A DNA stretch of 64,000 nucleotides from the human T2T-CHM13v2.0 reference genome, Homo sapiens. Within the stretch, counting starts at the first letter, position 1. Each line of letters starts with the position of its first letter. The notes beneath the pieces were generated by a model, which saw nothing but the letters and a program-made list of their open reading frames with translations, searched no databases and was not told the DNA's origin. Made by a program: the position numbers and the translations under genes. Of the stretch, positions 36,913 to 48,966 are shown in pieces. The DNA lies in the NCBI RefSeq assembly GCF_009914755.1, contig NC_060925.1. One strand, given 5' to 3'.

Positions 36913-37016
36913 AAAGAAGTACATGATTTGGAAATACAGTTAACTGCCATTACCACAAGTGAACAGTATTATTCAAAAGAGGTTAAAGATCTAAAAACTG
37001 AGCTTGAAAACGAGAA
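36913..37016 (+). CDS. SYCP1: SYCP1 coding exon (104 nt) KEVHDLEIQLTAITTSEQYYSKEVKDLKTELENE+AA
   Basis: ttttgcag acceptor, GTATGT donor; contained in ORF-track ORF 36898..37104. Confidence 0.96.
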
Positions 37017-37990
37017 GTATGTTTTCCATTTATCTAAAAATAGTTTATGTACTCAATTCCTAAGCTTTCTGATAATAAATAATAATTTAGTAAATTATAT
37101 TTAATATTTATTTGAATGGATTTGAAATTGTATTTTACTCTTAAGGATCTAAATAATGTGCTAATTTCATTGCTAAAGAAAGTACATATCACTGACATAA
37201 AGAAAGAGTACATCCCAAATTTGAGAACCACTTTAGATCAATGTGTTACTTTTCTTAGAGGTATTTAGTTCCCCATAAAAATAATCATTTTCAGTTCTAA
37301 CTGGTTGTTTTGGTTGTTTTGCTAAATTATTTTATAGGTTTTTGCTGATAAAGTGTCAAAATAAAAAATTATTTCTTACATTATCCAAATAAAATATTGA
37401 ATTGGATGATTTTACCTACTCAGTAAGTTTAATTTGGAGAGAAAGCGGGGAAATTATTATTGTATTATTACTCAGAGAAAAGTAAATTCAAGTAGCCAGT
37501 ATAGTGGTGGTGAGCATGATTTTCCCCTTTTGGTGGCTTCTCAGTGCTAGATTAAATATGAGAAGTAAACAGTTTATGCAGCATCCTCTCCCTTCCTTTT
37601 TATCTAATTCTCTATTTCTGGTACCTTTTCAATAGTACTTTTTTAAGGGCCCTAGGTTAAACTCATCTATTAACTAATGTCCCTTTTAATGAATGGACTG
37701 GTTAGTTATTTGTACTTTAATGTAAATTTGTTATCCTTAGTATATTTGCTTTTCAACTTTTCATTGGCTTAGTGAAACACTTTATCTCCTCTTTGATGAA
37801 TTTCCAGTATCATTAAGTAGAAATAGATAATAGATGCTCCTAAAATCACTCTGTAGAGCCACATACTCCTCCGCCTTCATTTAAAATTGATATTGGATGT
37901 AAGCAATACAGCAATAATCTCTCTTCCAAAGTAGAACATTTGAGATCTTTTAAGAGCAAGTTAGGTGTTGTGCAAAAAAGTTAAACTCAG

Positions 37991-38042
37991 TTTTTTTTTT
38001 AAATACTTTAAGTTTTAGGGTACATGTGCACAACGTGCAGGT
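37991..38042 (-). mobile_element. Ultrashort L1PA 3'-terminal fragment
   Basis: T10 followed by atactttaagttttagggtacatgtgcacaacgtgcaggt, the L1PA extreme 3' end. Confidence 0.85.
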
Positions 38043-38466
38043 AAAAATATCTTAATTAAACACAGCTAATGCTTCGTGTACTACTTTAATCAGGTTATAG
38101 GAAGTTTGAAATAACTTCTAAGAGACAGTCTAATGGAGAGGAAAAAATTATTGAAGAAAATAATGTGCTCTTCAAAATTTGTGGAAAGTATGAAAGGATG
38201 AGCAAACAGGGAACATGCAAGGAAATATATTGTATGACATTTGAAAATTTAGTAAAGAAAAATTTCAAAAATATAAAAATTAGAAGGAATAATGTAATGA
38301 TCAACCTATCACCCAGCTTCAGGAATTATAAACCAATAGTCAATTTTGTTTCATGTTTTTCCCCCAGCCCTTCATCCCTTTCCCCTATCATTATGTTGAA
38401 TAAAATTCCATATTATGTCATTACATTTGTAAATATTTTGGTATGACTTTTTTTTTTAAAAAATAG

Positions 38467-38584
38467 GCTTAAGGATACTGAATTAACTTCACACTGCAAC
38501 AAGCTTTCACTAGAAAACAAAGAGCTCACACAGGAAACAAGTGATATGACCCTAGAACTCAAGAATCAGCAAGAAGATATTAAT
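38467..38584 (+). CDS. SYCP1: SYCP1 coding exon (118 nt) (K)LKDTELTSHCNKLSLENKELTQETSDMTLELKNQQEDIN
   Basis: poly-T then aaaaaatag acceptor, GTGAGT donor. Confidence 0.95.
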
Positions 38585-39408
38585 GTGAGTTGAAAAAGAA
38601 AGTGCTGGTGACTTAGTTTTCTTCCAATTAGCAGGTTAGAATAGATGACCTCTAAAGACCCTTTGACCTTTAAAGTCTGATTGCTTTAGAGCTAAAACTT
38701 TGTTTTAGCAGAAAAATATGCATATTGGTCTTATAGGGTGGTAATAGGCAACAGAGGCTACCCTCTGATTAAAATTAAAATGGAAGCCATTACTAGAAAA
38801 AGTTAATTTAATTTTAGGCATCAAGATTTTTAAAAAGTATTTAGTCAATAGGTATTTATTAAGTCATACAAGATTGTGGAGGATACAATGATGAATAAAA
38901 TGTCACCCTTTCTCTTTAAGAACTTATGACTTAATAAAAAATAGTAATTTCTCACATAACTTAAGCAAAATAGTATGTCATATATGTTGTTAGTGGGACA
39001 AGGTGCTATCAGAGTTTGCAGGATCACTTCTGCTTTGGATAAAGAGAAGGCTTCTGAGAGAATATAGCATTGATTTTGGTCTTAAAAGGTGAATTATGAG
39101 TTCAGTAGGTAACAATGAATGGAAAACATTACTTGAAGTGACAATATGAACAAAGGATACAGACTCAAAGTAACGCTGGAAAACCAAATGATACTTGTTT
39201 TGTTAACTGTTATATAGAGATTGTTGGGAGAATAATTAAAGTAAGGCTTAAAAAAGTAGTATGGAACTATACAAGTTGAAAAGCCCATTTTTTTGCTTTA
39301 TATATAACTAAATAAATTTTATGCTGATAGATAAAGGTCTTAAATAGTAGTTTAAATTTTATTTTTGTTTAAACAAAATAATTGATATAAACAACATTAT
39401 TTCTTTAG

Positions 39409-39479
39409 AATAACAAAAAGCAAGAAGAAAGGATGTTGAAACAAATAGAAAATCTTCAAGAAACAGAAACCCAATTAAG
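39409..39479 (+). CDS. SYCP1: SYCP1 coding exon (71 nt) NNKKQEERMLKQIENLQETETQL+AG, with GC donor
   Basis: ttctttag acceptor; AAG|GCAAGA donor; AG+A gives Arg with the next exon. Confidence 0.92.
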
Positions 39480-39840
39480 GCAAGACTAACAAATTGGCCT
39501 TTTTTTGTCTGGCAAAAGATTTTGATATTTCTTTTCTATTAACTTGTTATCATTAATTTAAATTGGACTGCTGTTGAATATTTTATAAAGTAAAAATTAG
39601 ATATAAATCACTGTTGTGGAATCCTGCTTAAAAATAAAATTATAATAATGTCTACTTTATACTTAGTGTTAAAAGTTAGTGAGATTAGACAGAAATTTTA
39701 AAGCATCATAAACCTTCTAATTCTTTAATATTTAATTAAGAAAATATATTAATCACATTTAATAAAATATAGAAATCTTAAAAATTACTTCTAATCATAT
39801 GAACTATTATAATACTAGAGTATTTATACCCACTCTATAT

Positions 39841-41505
39841 TTTTTTTTTTACATTTTAAAAAATTATCTTTATTTAGGTTTCTGATTCAGCACATGTATC
39901 AAAGACTAATCAACATAAAGGAGTAAATAAGACATTAGTTGAAGGTCTTACATCTCTCTAAACTCTGACCAAGAATGTCAAGATTGCCACTATTACCAGA
40001 ACTCCAACCTAGTCAAGTTGTAGACAAGCTATCATGAACAACATACAGTGTGCACAGATATGCAGAGGCAAAAGGCATGCTAGCGCTTGGCTCTCCTCTT
40101 TTCCTTGTTGACATCTTTCTGTTGGACAGTCCACTTTTGCTTTCTAGGCTAAGTTCCAAATTAAGTCCAAAGAAGGCTCAGGGTGAACCTGACCAGATAC
40201 TTTTCTGGAGGAATGCATTCTTAAACTGTTGTGCCTGCAACTTTGTTTTTGCTAGGATGAAGTTCAGACCGAGATGTACAATACAATCTAGATGATGGTG
40301 CAGACTAAGTCAAGAACTAAAGTTGAGCAGTAACCCGAGTTAAGGCATGAATGCAGACACACACATGCACACACACAGCATCCATGCTATCAAGACACAG
40401 GATTTTTTCACGAGAGGCAACCTGGGCTTTGCAGTTAATCAGAAAATGCCCCCCACGACTTTATGCTAACAGCTGTGTGTATGTTTTAATCAAAAAATTA
40501 AAGAAAGAAGAAAAAAAACTAAAAAAAAAACAAACTAAAAAACAAAGAAAAAAACAAACAAAAAATCACCAAAAACCTAGAAACCCCTTAATCTCTTACA
40601 ATGGCTCTTGAGCATGGAACTCAGGTAGCAGCATCAATGGCTGGCTCTTTAACAATTTGGAAATAAAAGGTTGTTTTTTTGTATTTCTTTGGTAGCCATC
40701 ACTACAAAGTTTTCAGTGTTGGTTACCTATAAGACAAGTACTAGACAGAAGATCAAGTTACACAGAAATATTTCTTCTGTACTGATAAGATACAAATATT
40801 GAGCTCTCAAAGCACAAGTTACTATGCTTTTTCTTGCCTTATTGGGCATTCTCTAAAAGCAAGGCTTTGTGCAGGAAAAGTTCATGTCTACCTAACAAAG
40901 GGTGATACGTGTTCTATTTTCCTACAAGTGAACAATTAACACAAATTCACATTATCAGTTATTTCTGGTTGAATCCGTTAGAAGCCAATTACAAAGGGAC
41001 AGCAGCACTTGGTGTCAAAGCCACTTTCTGGTCACACATTCATTCCATGGTTGCTAGTCAGTATCTCAGGAGCTCAGAATTTAAAACTCTTTTCAGTCAA
41101 ATAAGGAGTAAGTTCAATTAAAGACTTCCACTATCTGCCAAATTTCTAGAATTCTGTCTAGAGGGCTAGCATGCTTGATGAGAGAAAGCAGTTCAGAGCC
41201 CAAAGAGGTGTCAGGTATTAGGTAAGTTAATTTGGTTTTGTATAAAAGGCATGGTAATCCGGCAACAGAGTACTTATCCTATTAGCAGCACAGTGGTAGC
41301 CAAGGGTCTCTGTCTGCAAGACAGGAAAATGAAGCTACTGAAGCCCCTGTTGTCCCGCCTGCCTGCAGGATGGCTACTGATTTTACAAAGGCGTTCTGGG
41401 AGCCAATCCAGGGCTCACCTGGGAGAGTGGGTAACAGAATGGCAGGAACCATGTTCAGCCCCCATGAGAAGTGCCCGACTGAGGGAAGTCAGCTTCCCAT
41501 AGGTG
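39841..41505 (-). pseudogene. 5'-truncated processed retrocopy of an mRNA 3'UTR (parent gene not identified)
   Basis: poly-T at 39840-39850, TTTATT (AATAAA on minus) at 39869-39874, TSD TACCCACTCTATAT(TTT) at 39827-39840 and 41506-41522 followed by AAAG (TTTT/AA endonuclease site); body resembles no repeat I know. Confidence 0.85.
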
Positions 41506-42279
41506 TACCCACTCTATATTTTAAAGAATGTATTTGGTCATTGCTTATAATCATACATATATAATTTTGTATGTGGTTTTTCCATTTAATATTATTTTTA
41601 GCATTATTAATGTTTTTATGTGTTTTCACAGTCATCTATTTTAATGCCCATCTACCAGTCATTCAAGTGGATGTAATGACATTATTTTAGTCATTTTTAC
41701 TTTTGGATATTTATGTTTTTTAGTTTTTCATTTTCATAGATAATACTAGTAAACATGTTGGCACATAAATACTTTTTCCTTATTTTGAATTGGATCATAG
41801 TAATAATGATTTCTATGGCTTGATGGTTAGTTTCCAATAGGTTGTATCATTGTAAACCATGCAATACAACAAATATTATATGAAAATGCTGGTCCTAAAA
41901 TGTTTTAATTGATATTGGGTATTATTAATTTATTGATAATTTAAAAGATAAGGATAAGTCATTTTTGGTATGATTTGTGATTTTTAGTTTTTGGATAAGC
42001 TTTGGAAGCTTTCAAGTTTGATTTTAGAATTTCTTCTTTTTAAAATTGTCTGCTTATACCTGTTGCCCTCTAATCTTTTGAGGTTTTTTTTTTTTTATTG
42101 ATTTGCTTAAGCTTCTAAAAATATATTAATCTTTTACCTGGTTTATTTATAGCACATATTTTCCCTAACCTGTTGTTTTCCTTTAACTTCAGAGAACTTT
42201 TTATTATATGAAAGGTTTCAATTTTTTATTAAACTTGATTGTCTTTTGTGATTTTACCATTGCTTCTTTTAAGGTTTCT

Positions 42280-45200
42280 TTTTAATTTTCGATTTTTAAT
42301 TTTTGTGGGTGCATAGTAGGTATATATAAGTATGGGGTATATAAGACATTTTGATACAGGCATACAATGTGTAATAATCATATCAGAGTAAATGGGGTAT
42401 GCATCACTTTAAGCATTTATCCTTTGTGTTACAAATAGCCCAATTATACTTTTACTTTTAAAAAAAGTACATGTAAATTATTATTGATTATAATCACCTT
42501 GTTGTGCTATTAAATACTAGATGTGATTCACTTTCTATTTTTTGTACTCATTAACCATCTCCATTTCCTCCTATCACCACTACTCTTCCTAGCCCCTGGA
42601 AACCCTCTTTCTACTCTCTATCTTAATGAGTTCAATTGTTGTAACTTTAGCTCCTTCAAATAAGTGAACATGCAAAGTTTGTCTGTCTGTACCTGTCTTA
42701 TTGCAGTTAACTTAATGACCTCCAGTTCCATCTATGCTGTTACAAATGACAAGATCTCATTCTTTATTATGGCTGAATAGTACTCCATGGTGTATATGCA
42801 TCACATTTTTGTTATCCATTCACCTGTTGATGGACACTTACATAGCTTCCAAATATTGGCCATTGTGAACAGTGCTTCAATTAACAGAGTGCAAATGTCT
42901 CTTAGATATACTGATTTCCTTTCTTTTGGGTGTATACACAGGAGTGGGATTGCTGGGTGATACGGTAGCTCTATTTTTGAGGAACCTCCAAGCCATTCTC
43001 CATAGTGGTTGTACGAATTTACATTCCCACCAGCAGTGTATGAGGGTTTCCTTTTTCTCTGCATCCTCGCCAGTATTTTTTATTGCCTGACTTTTGGATA
43101 AAAGCCATTTTAACTGGGGTAAGATGATATCTCATTGTAGTTTTGATTTGCATTTCTCTGATGATCAATGATGTTGATCACCTTTTCATATACCTGTTTG
43201 CCATTGGTATGTCTTCTTTTGAAAAATGCCTATTTAGATCTTTCGCCCATTTTTTCCCATAGGATTATTAGACTTATTCCCATAGAGTTTTTTGAGCCCC
43301 TTATATATTGTGTGTATTAATCCCTTGTCAGATGGATAGTTTACAAATATTTTTTCCCATGCTGTGGGTTGTGTCCTCCCTTTGTTGATTTTTTTTTTTC
43401 TGTGCAGAAGCTTTTTAACTTGATGTGATCTGACTTATCTATTTTTGCTTTGGTTGTCTGTAATTGTGGGATATTACTCAAGAAATCTTTGCCCAGTCCA
43501 ATGTCCTGGAGAGTTTCCTCGACGGTTTCTTTTAGTAATTTCATAGCTTGAGATCTTGGATTTAAGTCCTTGATCCATTTTGATTTGATTTTTATATATG
43601 GCAAGAGATAGGGGTCTAGTTTCATTCTTCTGCATATGGATATATGGATATCCAGTTTTCCCAGCACTGTGTATCGAGACTATCCTTTCCCCAATGTGTG
43701 ATCTTGGCACCTTTGTCAAAAATGAGTTCACTGCAGATGAATGGATTTGTTTGTGAGTTCTCTGTTCTGTTTCATTGGTCTATATTTCTGTTTTTATGCT
43801 AATGCCATGCTGTTTTGGTTACTATAGCTAGGTAGTACATTTTGAAATCAGGTAATGTAATTCCTCTAGTTTTGTTCTTTTTGCCCAGAATATCTTGGGC
43901 TATTCTGGGTCTTTTGTGGTTCTATATAAATTTTAGGATTGATTCTTCTATTTCTGTGAATAATGTCATTGGTATTTTGATAGAGATTGCATTGAATCTG
44001 TAGACTGCTTTGGGTAGTACAGACATTTTAACAGTATTGATTGTTCCAGTCCGTGAACACGTAGTGTCTTTCCTTTTTTTGTGTGTCCTCTTAAATTTCA
44101 TTAATCAGTGTTTTATAGTTTGCATTGTAAAGATTTTTCACTTTTTTGGTTGGGTTAATTTCTGGGTGTTTAATTTTATTTATAGCTATTGTAAATGGGA
44201 GTACTTTCTTGATTTATTTTTCAGATTGTTTGCTGTTGGCATATAGAAATGCTACTGATTCTTTTATCCTGAAACTTTCCTGAATTTGCTTATTAGTTCT
44301 AATAGTTTTTTGGTGAGATCATTAGGCCTTTCCAAGTATAAGATTATACTTGGAAATATACATATTTCCAAGAAATATACATCTGCACGCAAGGATAATT
44401 TGACTTCTTTTCCAATTTGAATGCCCTTTATTTCTTCCTTTTGTCTAATTCCTGTAGCTAAGACCTCCAGTACTATGTTGAATAACAGTGGTGAAAGTGG
44501 GCATCCTTGCTGTGTTCCAGGTCTAAGAGGAAAGACCTTCAGTGTTTCCCCATTCAGTATGATACTAACTGTGGGTCAGTCATATATGCTTTTATTATGT
44601 TGAGCTATGTTCCTTCCGTACCCCGTTTTTTGAGGGTTTTTATCATGAACAGATGTTGAATTTTATCAAATGCTTTTCAGCATCAATTGAAATGATCATA
44701 TGGTTTTTGTCCTATAGCATGTTGATATAATGTATCACATTGATTTATTTGTATATGTTGATTATCCTTACATTTGTGGGATAAATCTCACTTGGTTATG
44801 ATTAATGATCTTTTTAATGTATTGTTGAATTTGGTTTGCTAGTATGTTGTTGAAGATTTTTGCATCAATGTTCATCAGGGATATTGGCCTTTAGTTTCCT
44901 TTTTTTATGTGTCTTTATTTGGCTTTGGTATCAGGGTAATACTTGCCTCACAGAATGAGTTTAGCTATATTCCCTCCTCCTTTATTTTTTGGAATAGTTT
45001 CTGTAGGATAGATATTAATTCTTTAAATGTTTTGAAAAATTCAGCAGTGAAGCCATCAGGTCCTGGGTTTTTCTTTGCTGGAAGACTTTTTATTATAGCT
45101 TTGATCTTATTACTTGTTTTTCGTCTGTTCAGGTTTTAGATTTCTTCGTGGTTCAATTTTGGAGGGTTGTATGTGTCTAGGTATTTATCCATTTGTTCTA

Positions 45201-47741
45201 GGTTTTCCAATTTATTGATGTGTAGTTGCTTAGAGTAGCCTCTAATGATCCTTTGAATTTCTGTGATATTGGTTATAATGTCTCCCTTTTCATCTCCTTT
45301 TTAAAATTTATTTTGGTCTTCTCTCTTTTTTTCTTAGTTTGTCTTCCTAAAGTTTTGTCAATTTTATCTTTTCAAAAAACCAGCTTTTTGTTTTGTTGAT
45401 GTTTTGTATTGTTTTCTTTAATTTCATTTATTTCTGCTCTGATCTTTATTATTCTCTTCTACTAATTTGGGTTTGGTTTGCTCTTCTTTTTGTAGTTTTT
45501 TAAGATGCATCATTAGGTTATTTGACTTTTTAAAACTTTTTTGATGTAGGCACTTATAAACACACCTCTTAATACTCCTTTTGCTGTATCCCATAGGTTT
45601 TGGTATGTTATCTTTCTATTATCCTTTGTTTCAAGACATTTTTCAGTTTTCTTCTTAATCTCTTTATTGACCCACTAACCATTCAGGAGCATATTTTTAA
45701 ATTTTCATGTGTTTTTACAGTTTTCAAAATTCTTCTTGTTATTAACTTTCAGTTCAATTTCATTGTAGTCAGAGTAGGTACTTGATCTGATTTCAATTTT
45801 TTAAATGTTTTAAGACTTGTTTTGTGGCTTAACGTATGGTCTGTCCTTGAGAATGTTCCATGTGCTTAGGAGAAGGATGTTTATTCTGCAATTGTTGGAT
45901 GAAATGTTCTGTAAATATATATTAGGTTCATTTGGTCTAAAGTGCAGATTGATTGATGTTTCTTTGGATGCTCAAAGTCTGGGTGATTTGTCCAATGCTG
46001 AAAGTGGGGTGTTTAAGTTACCAGCTATTATTTTACTGGAACCTATCTCTCTTTAGCTCTAATAATATTTGTTTTATATATCTGTGTGCTCCAGTGTTGG
46101 GTGCATATATCTTTGTAATTGTTATATTCTCTAGCTGAATTCATCCCTTTATCATTATATAATGACCTTCTTTGTCTCTTTTTATAGTTTTTGTATTGAA
46201 ATCCATAATGTCTGGCATAAGTATAGCTATTTCTGCTCTTTTTTAGTTTCCATTTGCATGGAGTTTCTTTTACCGTTCCTATATTTTCAGTCTCTGTGTA
46301 TCTTTACAGGTGAAGAGGTGTTTCTTGTTAGGCAACAGCCTGTTGGGTCTTGTTTTTCTATCCATTCAATTGCTCTATGTCTTTTGATTGAAGAGTTTAG
46401 TCCATTTACATTCAATGTTATTATTGATAAGTAAGGACTTACTCTAGCCATTTCGTTATTTGTTTTCTGGTTGTTTTGTGGTCTCTTCTTTCTTTCCTTC
46501 ATGTTTTCCTTTTAGTGAAGGCAATTTTCTTTGGTGGTATATTTTAATTTCTTACTTTTTCATTTTTGTTTATTTGTTGTATTTTTTTTATTTGAAGTTA
46601 CCATTAGGCTTGCAAATAATATCTTATAACCCATTATTTTAAACTGATGACAAGTTAACTGATTGCATAAGCAAATAAACAAAGAGAAAACTAATAAAAA
46701 CTCTATACTTTGTTTCCCTGGTTTTAAACTTTTTGTTGTTTTTATTTATATTTTATTATTGTGTTTATGTCTGGAAAAATTGTTATTATTTTTCATCAGT
46801 TCATCTTTTTGTCTTCCTACTTAAGATACGAGGCCAGGTACGGTGGCTCACTCCTGTAATCCCAGCACTTTGGGAGGCTGAGGGGGGCAGATCACCTGAG
46901 GTCAGGAGTTTGAGACCAGCCAGGCCAACATGGTGAAACCCTGTCTCTACTAAAAATAGAAAAATTAGCCGGGTGTGGTGGCGGGTGCCTGTAATCCTAG
47001 CTACTGGGGAGGCTGAGGCAGGAGAATTGCTTGAATCTGGGAGGTGGAGGTTGCAGTGAGTGACAAGAGTGAGACTCTGTCTCAAAAAAAAAAAAACAAA
47101 AACAGATATGAGTAGTTACATTCCACAATTACAGTGTTATAATGTTCTATGTATTTACTGTTACCAGTGAGTTGTGTATCTTCAGATGATTTCTTATTGC
47201 TCATTAACATTCTTTTCTTTCAGATGGAAGAACTCTCTTTACCATTTCTTGTAAGACAGGTCTGGTGTTAATGAAATTTCTTAGCTTATGTTTGTCTGAA
47301 AAAGTCTTTATTTCTCCTTCATGTTTGAAGGATATTTTCACTGGATATACTATTCTAGGGTAAAAGTTTTTTCCTTCAGCACTTTAAATATGTCATGACC
47401 CTCTCTGGGCCTGTAAGGTTTCCATTGAAAAGTCTGCTGCCAGACATACTATATGTTATTTATTTCTTTTCTCTTGCTGCTTTTGGGATTCTTTCTTTAT
47501 CCTTGACCTTTGTGAGTTTGATTTTTAAGTGCCTTAAGGAAGCCTTCTTTGGTTTAAATATAGTTGGTATTCTAATAATCTTCTTGTCCTTGAATATTTA
47601 GATCTTTCTCTAGGTTGGGAAGTTCTCTGTTATTATCCCCTTGAATCAACTTTCTACCCTTATCTCTGTCTCTACCTCCTCTTTAAGGCCAATGACTCTT
47701 AGATTTGCCCTTTTGAGGCTGTTTTCTAGATCTTGTAGGCA
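42280..47741 (-). mobile_element. L1MA (about L1MA2/3), about 5 kb, truncated in ORF1
   Basis: L1MA-type 3' end; ORF2 remnants (RMKLDPYL...KSKWIKDLN; SPYLSIITLNVNGLNS). Confidence 0.88.
46832..47103 (+). mobile_element. AluS-type SINE nested in L1MA, small right-arm deletion
   Basis: Alu dimer, poly-A; AGATA(C/T)GAG flanks. Confidence 0.9.
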
Positions 47742-48525
47742 TGTCTACTAGGCATTCTTGTATTGCTATAAAGAAATACCTGAGACTGGGTAATTTCTAA
47801 AGAAAAGAGGTTAATTGGTTCATAGTTCCATAGGTCATACAGAAAGCATGGTGATGGCATCTGCTCAGCTTCTTGGAAGGCCTTAGGGAAATTTTACTCA
47901 TGGTAGAAAGCAAAGGAGGCACTTCACATGGCAAAAGCAGGAGCAAGAGTGGTGGGGAGGACACACTTTTAAACATCCAAATGTTGCAAGAGTTCGCTAT
48001 TGCAGGCATCACCAAGCCATGAGGGATCCTCCCCCACAACCCAAACCCCTCCCACCAGGCCCCACCTCCAATATTGGTGATTACATTTCAATATGAAATT
48101 TGGGTGAGAGCAAATATCCAAACTGTATCATTGCACTTCCCCGCACCCAAATCTCATGTACTTTTCACATTCCTAAATACAATCATGCCTTCCAAATAGT
48201 CCCCCAGAGTCTAACTCATTCCACCATTAACTCAAAAATCCAAAAGCCAAAATCTCATCTGAGACAAGGCAAATCCCCTCCACCTGTAAAATCAAAACAA
48301 GTTAATTACTTCCAAGATACAATTGATAAATACTCCCATTCCAAAATGGAGAAATCAGCCAGAAGAATTGAGTTCAGGTTCCATGCAAATCTAAAACCCA
48401 GCAGGGCAGTCATTAAATCTTAAAGCTCCAAAATAATCTCCTTTGACTCTATATACCACATTCAGGGAACACTGCTGCAAAGGGTGGACTCCTAAGGCCT
48501 TGGGCAGCTCTGCCCCTGTTGCTTT
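47742..48525 (-). mobile_element. MST-type MaLR: LTR (47742-48130) plus truncated internal region
   Basis: ttgctataaagaaatacctgagactgggtaattt... and caaatatccaaactgtatca LTR ends; MST-int-like sequence follows. Confidence 0.82.
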
Positions 48526-48884
48526 GTATTTTGATATTTAGTTTCTCTTTTTTAAAACTATAAAAACATTTTAAGCCATCAATTTACTTCTGAACACAAT
48601 GATGAATTTATGATATAGTGTTTGATATGTAGTGTTTCCATGTTCATTATTTTCTAAACAACTTGTTTTTATATTTTAAGTTTCTGTTTAATCCATTAGT
48701 AGCCTAGATGAATTCCACATATTTGGGGGCTCTTGTTTGTACTTATATTATGAAGTATTCAGTTTTGGTTTTTTACATTTGGTTAAAGAATGTGGTCTTT
48801 AAGACTTCCTTATTTTGAGTTATTTGAGATCTTCTATAGGCCTAATAATTTTTAGTATAATGTCACTCTTCCATTTTCTTTTAG

Positions 48885-48966
48885 AAATGAACTAGAATAT
48901 GTGAGAGAAGAGCTAAAACAGAAAAGAGATGAAGTTAAATGTAAATTGGACAAGAGTGAAGAAAAT
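48885..48966 (+). CDS. SYCP1: SYCP1 coding exon (82 nt) (R)NELEYVREELKQKRDEVKCKLDKSEEN
   Basis: ttttcttttag acceptor, GTATGT donor. Confidence 0.96.

Noticed and set aside
36898-37104. 68-aa ORF as a standalone gene
   Set aside because: It is a SYCP1 exon plus intronic read-through on both sides
40050-41564. Short + strand ORFs within the retrocopy as coding remnants
   Set aside because: Wrong strand relative to the poly(A) and low complexity; no recognisable protein
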